Positions 17,711-26,860 of a DNA stretch of 64,000 bases are shown here, one piece after another (the first letter of the stretch is position 1; each line of letters opens with the position of its first letter). The stretch covers positions 1-64,000 of the forward strand of contig JASMDC010000017.1 in the NCBI GenBank assembly GCA_030753015.1, in the 5' to 3' direction. The notes beneath the pieces were generated by a model. That model was not told where the DNA came from and made no database searches. It saw nothing but the letters and a program-made list of their open reading frames with translations. This stretch comes from Candidatus Undinarchaeales archaeon. Its GTDB lineage: Archaea; SpSt-1190; JASMDC01. Position numbers and translations under genes: made by a program.

Positions 17711-20700
17711 TCACCGCGTGCAGCAGCGGAACCCGAAGTTCGACTGGGAGTCGACCGGCTTGAGGTAAAGTCCCAAGCAGAAGCAACCCCTGCTGGGTGA
17801 TCCGTCAGGGACTTCGCTGTGACCGCAGCCCCGGAAGAAGACGTTCCCCTCTCCACCGGACGACGGCCGGTAGACGAGGTCGTCACCATAACGCCTCGGG
17901 TCCTTCCCGAGCAGCGTTCCAACGGTCTGGGTTGGGACGCCATCGTGCTGAAGCCACGCCTCACTGTGCACCTTGGCGTCCGTCCATTCACCGATGTTCC
18001 CGATCATATCGTGTACACCTGCGGCCGATGTGCAGTTCTCGTGAGAACCGGTCGGGCGGTTGTCGAATCCCTTGGTGTGGCACCCGTACTGTTCGTGGGA
18101 CTCCTCGAAGATGAGGTCGTACCGCGTTCGGTTCAGGCCGCAGGACGCCACCCACTCGTAGTCCTTGCAAAGGTATTTCCCGGCCGCCTGGCACGCCATA
18201 CGCGCCTCGTACCAGGTGACATCGGTCCACGGCAGGGCACCGGGCACCGAGGCGGCCATGCTCCCCGCCCCTCGCGATGCCTCGTACTTGTCGATGCAGA
18301 ATCCACCGCACTGAGCGATGAACGCCATCCCCGACGGGCAGCTCCGAGGAGGTACGGGCTCCTCGGCGCAGATGGGATCAAGGGCCACCTCCAGGCTCGG
18401 GTAGACATCGAGCTGCGCCCGGGGAAGTGCCCCCTCAGGCGGCACCCAGGGCTCCGGCGTGGCGGCCGGTCCCGGTGTCGTTGTTGGCTCGGGAGTGGGC
18501 GTGCCCTCGCCCGGTGGCCCCTCTGTCGGCTCTGGGCTGGTGCCGGGAGGCGGGGCACGGGGATCGTGGCAGCAGCGGAATCCCGTCGCCCCTTCCGAGT
18601 ACGTGGGACCGCTCACCAGGTGGAGGTAGAAGCAGCCGGCCCACGCCGACATCCCCTCGATGGGTGACGAGCGGGAGCCGCCCCGCAGGAAAGGATTCCC
18701 CTCCTTGAGCCCCGATGGATTGTGGATGATCCAGTCGTCGCCGTACCTTGCCGCCTCATCGCCGAGGTACGCACCGACGCTCCCGTCGGTACCGGCCCAC
18801 GTCTCGCTGGGCACCGTTGCGTTCGTCCACTCGCGCACGTTCCCTACCATGTCGTACACGCCCTCGGCTGATACGCAGTTGAGGCGGAAACCCGAAGCGA
18901 CGTTGTTGCGTCCGTGGGTGTAGCACCCGAATCCTTCACCATGCTCCTCCTCGGTGAGTTGGTACCGTTCACCATCGAGGTTGCACGCCGCCATCCATTC
19001 GTAGTCCTTACACAGGTGCTTACCCGCGGCCTCGCAGGCGTGCGATGCCTCCTCCCAGGTGATGCTGGCCCATGGCAGAGCGCCCTCCCGGGACGTTGCG
19101 GCCCCATCCTCGCCCCTGGACGCCTCGTACTTGTCGATGCAGAATCCACCGCACTGGTCGATGAACGCCATCGCCTCGGGGCACGGCAGCACTTCGGATG
19201 ACGGCTCAGAGCACACAGGGTCCAATGCGACCGTGAGATCCGCGTAGTTGTCGAGTTCTTCCCGTGGCCACGGTCCATGCCCCTCTGGGGGACCGGGCGT
19301 GGCCGTCGGTCCGCTGCCTGGTGGCTCGTCAACCGGTTTGGAGGAGGGATCGAGCGGATCGGTCCCAGCGTCCACCTCCTCGCCATCGGAGGCGCCATCG
19401 TCGTCGGTGTCCTCGTCGTTTGGATCGGTCCTGTGCTCCTTCTCGACATCGTTGGTCAGTCCGTCCTCGTCAGGGTCCTCGGTGCCCGCGTCCTCTGGCG
19501 TGCTGGAGGGATCGAGCGGATCGGTCCCGGCGTCCACCTCCTCGCCATCGGAAGCGCCGTCGTCGTCGGTGTCCTCGTCGTTTGGATCGGTCCCGTGCAC
19601 CCGCTCGGTCGCGTTTGTTAGCCCGTCGCCATCAGGATCGTCACTGGCGCCACCGTCGACAGGGGGCTCGGCGACCTCCTCCTCGCAGTCCGCATCGGTG
19701 CCAACGTCACAGCCCAGGGGGCAGACCCCGTCCCCGCCACGGCATCCCGGACCAGTGGTCTGGTTCCCGAAGTCCAGCTCGTACCGCTCGGTTGCGTACA
19801 AGCTGTAGCCAGCCTCGTCCGTACCCGGGTGGCAATTAGACGCTTCGCACGTGTCGCAGTCCTCTGAGGTGAGGGTGCATACGTGGATCGTGAGATTCCA
19901 CGAGCCAGCGGGCATCTCCTTCGGGAGCGTCAGGTCGATTCTTGGGAAGCCGATCCTGTCACCCGCCACACGTGTGGTGGTCACACCCAGGAAGAACGGA
20001 ACCCGGTCGGTGCGCCCGAGGTTGGGATTGATACAGAAGCATGTTTCTTTGCTCTCTTCGTTGGCGAGGGCCATGATGATCTGCCGCAAGGGGACCTCGC
20101 TGGAAATAGTATCCTTCGGTTCGATGTCCAATGCGATCAATGATCCCGTGACCGCCAGTTCCTGACTGATCCGCTCCTCCACCACCTTCGCGTCCACATC
20201 CTCGGGTGTGGGCGTGGGGGTCTCCGGTGCCTCATAGACGCACGAGGCCGACACCCAGTCGCCGATGGTCACGCATTCACCCGTCTTGGCGTCGACCGTA
20301 CACGACACGGTGCCCACCGCAGTGCCGGCCTGGATCCGCTCCAGGAGACGTGTCAGTTCCCGGGTGCCCTCGAAGGTGCAGCTGACAACGACGTCCACGA
20401 GCCGGCCGGCCTGATCGACGACCCGACGTTGTTCCTTTACGAGGTCATCGGGTGTCACACCTGAAGCGAACAAGGATTCCACGGCGACGTCATCGTAATC
20501 GGCCTCGACCTTGCTGAGCACCTTGGTGAGCGTGCACCCGCCGGCGGGAGCCACTTCAATGGAATAAGAGACCGTGGTCGTCCGATGTAGGTGGGGCTGG
20601 ACCTCGATGGTGACAGTGTGATCGATGGACGCCGTGCGGCAGGTCCTCGAGGCCTCTATGAAGCACGTGAAGTCCGTACCGCATCCGATGGGGGTCCGGT

Positions 20701-21271
20701 CCTCGATACGACAATCGGCGTCGTCGGAATCGGTGCAGCCCTCGGGACAGCGGCCGTCGCCGTCACGACATCGAGGGACGGGAGTGTGGACGCACTCCAT
20801 GGGATGGCCCGTGCACTCGTCCCTTGTATCGGGATCACTGTCGTCGCAGTCGTCGTCAGAGCAGCACTCGGACTCTCTACATACGGTCCCGTCGACGTAC
20901 TGGCACGGGGCGCACTGGGGGCCGGTGCACGCGTCATCGATGCAGGTCTGGTCGCCGGGACAACCGGCATCACGGCAGCACGTCGTGGACATCTCACCGG
21001 GTTCACTGATGCCGTTGCCGCACTGTGGGCCTGTAAAGTGGCCGCCCAGGGCGACAGCACTGATGACGATGACGACGACGGCAATGGCGACGAGCTGACC
21101 GATGGTCACACTTGAGTGAGCGGGGACTTTTGGCGGGGGGCCGTACAGGGCGCGGGCCACGACGTCCGGCGGGAATCCCTTGTACTGCACCAGGTAGTAG
21201 TTGATTTGCTGAGGATTGTACCCGTTGCTTCGGAGATATTCCACCCATGCCTCCACCTGACCTTCGGGCAT
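17711..21271 (-). CDS. Large surface protein with Cys-rich modules, TSP3-like Ca-binding repeats and two FGE-sulfatase (C-type lectin fold) domains
   Basis: [19 protein letters not shown] / [15 protein letters not shown] twice; [10 protein letters not shown]...GTDP repeats; single N-terminal TM. Confidence 0.9.
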   Translation of the reverse strand: MPEGQVEAWVEYLRSNGYNPQQINYYLVQYKGFPPDVVARALYGPPPKVPAHSSVTIGQLVAIAVVVIVISAVALGGHFTGPQCGNGISEPGEMSTTCCRDAGCPGDQTCIDDACTGPQCAPCQYVDGTVCRESECCSDDDCDDSDPDTRDECTGHPMECVHTPVPRCRDGDGRCPEGCTDSDDADCRIEDRTPIGCGTDFTCFIEASRTCRTASIDHTVTIEVQPHLHRTTTVSYSIEVAPAGGCTLTKVLSKVEADYDDVAVESLFASGVTPDDLVKEQRRVVDQAGRLVDVVVSCTFEGTRELTRLLERIQAGTAVGTVSCTVDAKTGECVTIGDWVSASCVYEAPETPTPTPEDVDAKVVEERISQELAVTGSLIALDIEPKDTISSEVPLRQIIMALANEESKETCFCINPNLGRTDRVPFFLGVTTTRVAGDRIGFPRIDLTLPKEMPAGSWNLTIHVCTLTSEDCDTCEASNCHPGTDEAGYSLYATERYELDFGNQTTGPGCRGGDGVCPLGCDVGTDADCEEEVAEPPVDGGASDDPDGDGLTNATERVHGTDPNDEDTDDDGASDGEEVDAGTDPLDPSSTPEDAGTEDPDEDGLTNDVEKEHRTDPNDEDTDDDGASDGEEVDAGTDPLDPSSKPVDEPPGSGPTATPGPPEGHGPWPREELDNYADLTVALDPVCSEPSSEVLPCPEAMAFIDQCGGFCIDKYEASRGEDGAATSREGALPWASITWEEASHACEAAGKHLCKDYEWMAACNLDGERYQLTEEEHGEGFGCYTHGRNNVASGFRLNCVSAEGVYDMVGNVREWTNATVPSETWAGTDGSVGAYLGDEAARYGDDWIIHNPSGLKEGNPFLRGGSRSSPIEGMSAWAGCFYLHLVSGPTYSEGATGFRCCHDPRAPPPGTSPEPTEGPPGEGTPTPEPTTTPGPAATPEPWVPPEGALPRAQLDVYPSLEVALDPICAEEPVPPRSCPSGMAFIAQCGGFCIDKYEASRGAGSMAASVPGALPWTDVTWYEARMACQAAGKYLCKDYEWVASCGLNRTRYDLIFEESHEQYGCHTKGFDNRPTGSHENCTSAAGVHDMIGNIGEWTDAKVHSEAWLQHDGVPTQTVGTLLGKDPRRYGDDLVYRPSSGGEGNVFFRGCGHSEVPDGSPSRGCFCLGLYLKPVDSQSNFGFRCCTR
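19343..19593. repeat. Intragenic direct repeat (89 bp, period 162 bp) encoding Ca-binding repeats
   Basis: 19343-19431 and 19505-19593 are nearly identical ([29 protein letters not shown]). Confidence 0.85.
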
Positions 21272-21339
21272 CGATCACCAGTATGGGTTGGAATGTTCTT
21301 AAGACTACCTCTCGTGCAAAGGCAGGTCCGGATCGTGGC

Positions 21340-22095
21340 CTACATCTTCGCGCCGCACCGGGCGCAGAAGGCGGTCCTTCGCTTGTTGACGAACCCACAG
21401 GTATTGCAGGGGAATCCCTCAGGGCCCTTGTCCTCTTCAAATTCCTCATCATCGGTCGGCTCGGGTGGTGGTCTCACGGCCTCGCCCACGGGGGAGATAC
21501 GCTCAGCGATGCTGCCACCACTAGCTGCCGGGGGAGGCTCCGGTTGTGCCATGGCTCCCCCATACTCGTATCCCTCGGATGTCGTGCTCGGCTCTTTCTG
21601 AGGTGCTGCGAGCTGTTCCTCAAGGGCATCGATCCGTGCTGCGAGCTCTTTGATGCGTTCGGCCGTTTCAGCAGCGCCAGCGCCAGCGGCGTCAAGGCCG
21701 TCGTGCGACTCGGTCCGCGCCGTCTCTAGCGCCCCGGTCAGTTCGTCCACGCGCTTCTTCAGGTCAAGCTCCTCGCTCTCCACACGGGAGAGCGTCTCCA
21801 GCTCCTCCTTGGAAAGGTGGGCCTCCACGGGGGCCGCTGGCTTCTCGGTTTTTGGAACCTCCGCTGGTGCATGGTGTACAACGACCTCCTCATCGTCAGA
21901 ATCACCCGCGGTAGATGGGAGCATCAGGGCGCTTCCCAGACCTGCGAGGGCTAACAGTGCTCCGACACCTATGAGGAACGTGGCCTTGAAGTCCATGACC
22001 ATCTTCTCCACGCCCAGCATGAGCATGACGATGCCCACGGCAAGGATGGCAGGGGGAAGGATGGCGAGGATGCGCCGTGGATCCGGTGCTGACAT
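21340..22095 (-). CDS. Two-TM coiled-coil protein with C-terminal RanBP2/NZF-spaced zinc ribbon
   Basis: Two N-terminal hydrophobic helices, acidic coiled coil, C-terminal CNTCGFVNKRRTAFCARC. Confidence 0.8.
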   Translation of the reverse strand: MSAPDPRRILAILPPAILAVGIVMLMLGVEKMVMDFKATFLIGVGALLALAGLGSALMLPSTAGDSDDEEVVVHHAPAEVPKTEKPAAPVEAHLSKEELETLSRVESEELDLKKRVDELTGALETARTESHDGLDAAGAGAAETAERIKELAARIDALEEQLAAPQKEPSTTSEGYEYGGAMAQPEPPPAASGGSIAERISPVGEAVRPPPEPTDDEEFEEDKGPEGFPCNTCGFVNKRRTAFCARCGAKM

Positions 22096-23940
22096 CTAAC
22101 GGAACACCCCCATGACCTTGTCAAGCAGCCCTTTCTTCGCTTCGGGGCGCAGGGTCTTCACCAGCTTGGCCACGGTCTTGAGGTCCGTCCGCCTGAAGTG
22201 CTTCTGGGTTATGAACTCCTCCTTCACTCGACCGTCGGTCTCGACGTTGTCGTTGATGAATGGTTTGGGATCAACGACTGACACCCTGGGGGGTGAGAGG
22301 GGGTAGTTCTGTGAGAGGCGGACCTCGTAGTGCACCTTCTTGAGCTGGGCGCCATATAGCGCCTTATACTCTCCGCTCCAGAGGTAGATGTTGTTCGCGA
22401 GCGGCTTGAACGTGGTGACCATATCGGAGACGAGGATGTTCCCGATCTCCTCGAAGAACTCCTCGGAGCTGGTGATCTCGAACTTACGTACCCTCAGACG
22501 CTCCTTCACGAGCTCCAATGCCTCGCACAGGCTCATATCACCCTCCCATTCCAGGCCAGAACCGGGGTGGCCGAAGAGTACGAGCCCGGTAGGGGAATGG
22601 ATGGCGCCGAAGAGGAGGATCCGCTCGGTGACATCGAGCCGGGAGTCGAACTTGATCATAGGAGGGGTCTGCGGGAAGTACGGATCCACCAGGACCACGG
22701 CCTCGTAGGTGCGGCTGGTCAACACTCCTTCACCTTTGATGGTCACCGTCCAGCCCCCCAGGACCTCCCTGTTCAGGTCCTGTGCGTACTGTCCCACCTC
22801 GTTGTCGGGGATCTGGGTGATGGAAGGCTCGTACTTCTCGAGGTAGCCCGCCTCGTAGGAGAGACGGGTCGTAGGGTCCATGGAGACAAGGTCTGTGCGC
22901 TTGAGGGCACGGATGTCCTCAAGGACCTCAACGATATGGGTCTCCTCGGTCCATGTTGACGTGAGCCGGGGGATTACTACCGAGCCCCCCACGTCGATAT
23001 GATCATTGGGGAACACGTTACGAAGGGACACGCGCGGGGGAACCCGGGGGAATTCCTTGGGCACGTCCACGGCAAGGTCGAGCGTGATGCCCTGATGGGT
23101 CGTCACCGGCCCCTCCCATCGCTCCACGTTGCCCTTCACGGGGCGCAGCTGGCTCTGACGCAGGAGCTGATAGGTCTCCAGGTACAGCCGCGGTACCTCG
23201 CGGTGCACGCGCTCGATGCGACGGCGCAGGGCATCCAGCACACCGCTCAGATCGGGATCCTTGCTCCACTGGTACGTGGCCAGGTTCTCGAGCTTGGCAT
23301 AGCCCTCCTCGTCAGTTAGACGGGGATGGACGATCCCTACACGCACTGAGGGGGGGCTCTTGGGATACCCCTGGGGGAGCTTCACGACCACTTTCTCGCT
23401 CTCCAGACGCCCCGTGAACGTGGCCTTGCCGGACTCCTGGAATCCCTGCTTGAGCAGCAGACGCCGGTCCTTCCCGGCCTCGACACGTTCCCCGATATCG
23501 TCTAGGCGCGTGTAAATGAACTCGCCCGGAGGTATCTGCTCCTCGAACGAGTAACTGTCCAGGGTGAACCGCGCCGGTGAGCGTGGATAGCCAGGAGGTA
23601 GTAGCACCTCCATCCGCTTTCCCTTGTGCTTTCCTGTGAGCGTGACCCCGCTGGCATCCTCCTTGTGCGAGAATCCCTCCTCGTGCAGGAATGAGACCTC
23701 GAGCGTCTTCTTGATCTCGCCGTCAAGGAACTGGGCGAGCGGAAGGCCGTCGGGGATGGGGACATTCCGGTTCACTCCCCCGCCGGAGATGCTCGCGCTC
23801 TTGGTGCCCTCCACCTGGAGCTTCACCTGGACCGTCTTGCCATGGAACTCACCACGGAGGTCGTAGATGGAGTCGCCGACGAACGAGAATCCGCTCCCAC
23901 GGAGCTGATGGATCTCGCGGAGGATACGTGGATCGGGCAT
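22096..23940 (-). CDS. Tandem UBC-fold (UEV/RWD-like) domain protein without catalytic Cys
   Basis: Five [YF]PxxP motifs (GYPRSP, GYPKSPP, EFPRVPP, YFPQTPP, NYPLSPP); four followed by HPN-like/G-x segments, three of them with the downstream Trp; likely ATG 23940, 614 aa. Confidence 0.8.
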   Translation of the reverse strand: MPDPRILREIHQLRGSGFSFVGDSIYDLRGEFHGKTVQVKLQVEGTKSASISGGGVNRNVPIPDGLPLAQFLDGEIKKTLEVSFLHEEGFSHKEDASGVTLTGKHKGKRMEVLLPPGYPRSPARFTLDSYSFEEQIPPGEFIYTRLDDIGERVEAGKDRRLLLKQGFQESGKATFTGRLESEKVVVKLPQGYPKSPPSVRVGIVHPRLTDEEGYAKLENLATYQWSKDPDLSGVLDALRRRIERVHREVPRLYLETYQLLRQSQLRPVKGNVERWEGPVTTHQGITLDLAVDVPKEFPRVPPRVSLRNVFPNDHIDVGGSVVIPRLTSTWTEETHIVEVLEDIRALKRTDLVSMDPTTRLSYEAGYLEKYEPSITQIPDNEVGQYAQDLNREVLGGWTVTIKGEGVLTSRTYEAVVLVDPYFPQTPPMIKFDSRLDVTERILLFGAIHSPTGLVLFGHPGSGLEWEGDMSLCEALELVKERLRVRKFEITSSEEFFEEIGNILVSDMVTTFKPLANNIYLWSGEYKALYGAQLKKVHYEVRLSQNYPLSPPRVSVVDPKPFINDNVETDGRVKEEFITQKHFRRTDLKTVAKLVKTLRPEAKKGLLDKVMGVFR

Positions 23941-23989
23941 GGGCAGGTGGATGTGCGCAACATTAATAACGGTAGCGTCGACGGCCGGA

Positions 23990-26860
23990 TCACGCCGGAA
24001 TGCACTGTCGCGGTAGTATCCAGGATCCTGGATTGCGTGCGAAGTACACGGCCCGAGTGGCATTGTGCTCGAACAGTACACCGCTACGCTCGGTGATGAC
24101 AGAAACGGTGAGCTCTTCCCATCCCTCCAATGCCTTATCGCAGAATCGGAACGGTTCAAGGTGGACGAGGTAGCCGCCGGGTGCCGATGTGACGTACAGC
24201 GACTCACGAACGGATCCGCCCAGATATGCCCGCACCGTCCGGGCAGCAGGGACTATATCGCGACCCGCCACGGACACAAGCACGTCCATGTCGAAGCCCC
24301 ACGCCTGGAGCACTTGGTAGATGGGCTCCTCACGCGAGCCCGGTCGTACCTCTTCGATGGTCAGACGCGTCTCCCCGGGGGCTACGAGAGTGATATGGTC
24401 ATTTCCGCTTCCCGTGCGGCCCAGACGTGCCACGCTGACATCCACGGTGGCGCGGCCAGCGCTCAGGGAGCCGGAGACCACGAGCGTCAGCACCCACTGA
24501 CGCAAAGCGGGCACGTAACGCATGGAGAACACCCGCGCCTCCGTACCGCGGACGGAGGCCCGCACGTCATCGCGTGTAAGGGTTGTGACGGGAGTCCCGT
24601 CCCGGGCGTCCACCACGGAGACGTAGGCATGAAGGAACGCACCCTGTTGTGCTTCCTTGAGTGGGACAGTCCTGGGTTCGAGGGACTGTACGATCACCTC
24701 GTAGCCGACGGTCATGGAACCGTACCAGAGGGGGATGGAGGACCGTGCCGCCCCCAGCTCGCCGTCGTGGACTAATTTGAGGAACAGTGGGACGGACCCT
24801 GGTGAGAGCGTCCCTGCAAGGTGGGGCGGGAGCCGGGCACGGACCCGCCAGACCTCGTCCCGCCACGCCACCTCCACGTTCTCTGGAGGGAGCGGGAGGT
24901 CGCCCACGACAAGTGTGATCGAATCGGCCGAGATCCCTCTGGAGATCGGACGACTCTGCAGGCGCACCGAGAGGTCGAGGCTGACGACCACCTCGCCAGT
25001 GGCCAGGGTGTCCATGTCCAACGCTTCGGGCCGGACGTCCTCCACATGGACCGAGAGACCTTCCGGTGAGCAGCCATCCTCGCGACATATCTCGCCCGGA
25101 CCGCAGACGTGACCGAACGAGGTCTCTTCGTCCGTGCACAGGCAATGGGACGGGCACAGTTCCCACGGGAGAAGGGCCGGGATCCGTTGGAGTCCAACGC
25201 GCGCCACACGCTCGCCGTCCTCCATCGCTACGACGAAAGGTGGTTCGTCCCCGCCGCCGGCGCATCCGCTGGCCGTGCACTGCTGACCGTGCTCGCACAC
25301 GTCCGCCAACCGACCGTCCTCGGTGAAGCACGCGCACACCGGGTGGCGGTCGGAGGCCGGTACGCACCGCCCGCCGGGGCCCATGCAGCGAAGTGTGATG
25401 TCCCTCGTGCCCAGTATTCCGTCGCGGCACAGGCGATCGTAATCGGTACCCCTGAGGCCGGTGGGCACCCACGGCTCGACCTCGAGCGGAACTGTGTGAA
25501 CGCCCGATTCGTCGCCACGGAACGCCGTGAGACGGAGCTGGTAATGGCCGGGCGGGACCGTCTCGGGGAGCGTGAAGGCGATCTTACCGCAGGGATAGGT
25601 ACGGCGGACGAGGATGCGCTCCTCCGTCCCGGTGTAGTTGATCAGCGCCACCTCGCACCGCTCCCCGGGTGTGTCAACCCACATGCGGACATCCTCGCCC
25701 ACCATGTACGAGGGCTGCTCGAGAGTTACCGGCAGAGGCACCGACCGCCCGGGCTTAAGGAAATGGACAATGGTGTTGGCCGTGGCCGGGAGCCCCATAG
25801 GATTGAACATGGTGACCCGCACCACGTACTCTCCATCCTCGGACATTGTCGAGAGGGTGAGGGGGACGTAGAGGCAGGATGGAAGCCCGTACTGAGCGTT
25901 CACGACATCGCCCTCATGCAGCAGTTCGACAGCACAGCTCGACATGCCAGCTCCGGCGAAGGCGCCCACGACCATTGTCTCGCCGAGGAGGAAGGTGTCC
26001 GTCACACGACCGGCGCCATCACCCACTACAAGTGTCACGGGGAAGAGGCGCGGCCTGACGAGAACCTCGGCAGTGGCGTTGATCAGTTCGTTCGAATCCT
26101 TGAGCTGGAACAGGGTGTGGATGATCACAGGTGTGGCGGGGCATTGGCCCCCTTCGTACTCCTCGCATCCCATCCCCGCGGGGTCGAACTCGAGAAGGAA
26201 CGACTCACAGGAAAAGCACGTGCGGGCTTGTCCAAGGGACTGACCGTCGGTGGAGAACAATCCCCACACAGCGAACTCGACCTCATTGCCGAAGAAGAAC
26301 GTCGCGATATCTCCTGCATAGTACTGATCGAGGTCGGTGAGCAGCTGGCCATTGATGATACAGTCCTCGGTCCCGTCCTGACACTGGAGGGGGAACTCCA
26401 GGCCCACCCGCTCCTTGCGCGTGAGATGGCTGGTCGCCAGTCCCGTGGTGGGGAGGGTATAGGTGACGGTGCGTTCACCGACGTCCTCTGCCTCGTCCAC
26501 GAGCAGGAACCCGCGGGGAGTGTAGGAGAACTTGAGGGTGGGTCGCAGCTCCTGGAGCGAGTACGAACGCGCCACCGTGAGCAAGGGCTCGACTGTGGTG
26601 AACCGAAGCGTGATCCTGTCACCTGTCACGTCGTAGGTGCACGCGCGTGTGTGCGCTGGCGCGAGCTGGGCGCAAGCGCGGTCGAGCACACCTGGCTTGA
26701 GTAGCGTGTCAATCAGCTCATCGCCCACGCCGTCGAGGGTTACGGTGATATGGTTGAGTGGTGAGCGTGATACATCGACCTCCTCGAGGATGGTGTCCAC
26801 TACTACCGCTGTCGCGGGAGCGATCACCAGGAGCAAGGCCAGAAGGATGGCGGTCCTCAT
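23990..26860 (-). CDS. Large secreted multi-Ig-like/Cys-rich protein (paralogue of 60106-62853)
   Basis: Sec-type signal MRTAILLALLLVIAPATA; repeated Y/F-x-x-GE/D beta modules; Cys-rich centre; ATGA overlap with the upstream gene. Confidence 0.8.
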   Translation of the reverse strand: MRTAILLALLLVIAPATAVVVDTILEEVDVSRSPLNHITVTLDGVGDELIDTLLKPGVLDRACAQLAPAHTRACTYDVTGDRITLRFTTVEPLLTVARSYSLQELRPTLKFSYTPRGFLLVDEAEDVGERTVTYTLPTTGLATSHLTRKERVGLEFPLQCQDGTEDCIINGQLLTDLDQYYAGDIATFFFGNEVEFAVWGLFSTDGQSLGQARTCFSCESFLLEFDPAGMGCEEYEGGQCPATPVIIHTLFQLKDSNELINATAEVLVRPRLFPVTLVVGDGAGRVTDTFLLGETMVVGAFAGAGMSSCAVELLHEGDVVNAQYGLPSCLYVPLTLSTMSEDGEYVVRVTMFNPMGLPATANTIVHFLKPGRSVPLPVTLEQPSYMVGEDVRMWVDTPGERCEVALINYTGTEERILVRRTYPCGKIAFTLPETVPPGHYQLRLTAFRGDESGVHTVPLEVEPWVPTGLRGTDYDRLCRDGILGTRDITLRCMGPGGRCVPASDRHPVCACFTEDGRLADVCEHGQQCTASGCAGGGDEPPFVVAMEDGERVARVGLQRIPALLPWELCPSHCLCTDEETSFGHVCGPGEICREDGCSPEGLSVHVEDVRPEALDMDTLATGEVVVSLDLSVRLQSRPISRGISADSITLVVGDLPLPPENVEVAWRDEVWRVRARLPPHLAGTLSPGSVPLFLKLVHDGELGAARSSIPLWYGSMTVGYEVIVQSLEPRTVPLKEAQQGAFLHAYVSVVDARDGTPVTTLTRDDVRASVRGTEARVFSMRYVPALRQWVLTLVVSGSLSAGRATVDVSVARLGRTGSGNDHITLVAPGETRLTIEEVRPGSREEPIYQVLQAWGFDMDVLVSVAGRDIVPAARTVRAYLGGSVRESLYVTSAPGGYLVHLEPFRFCDKALEGWEELTVSVITERSGVLFEHNATRAVYFARNPGSWILPRQCIPA

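Noticed and set aside
17711-18700. Complete diversity-generating retroelement
   Set aside because: No reverse transcriptase, Avd or adenine-specific template repeat is visible in the window; kept only as a possible remote target.
22096-23940. Active E2 enzyme or complete ubiquitylation operon
   Set aside because: No Cys at the E2 active-site position and no ubiquitin, E1 or JAB gene recognisable in the window.
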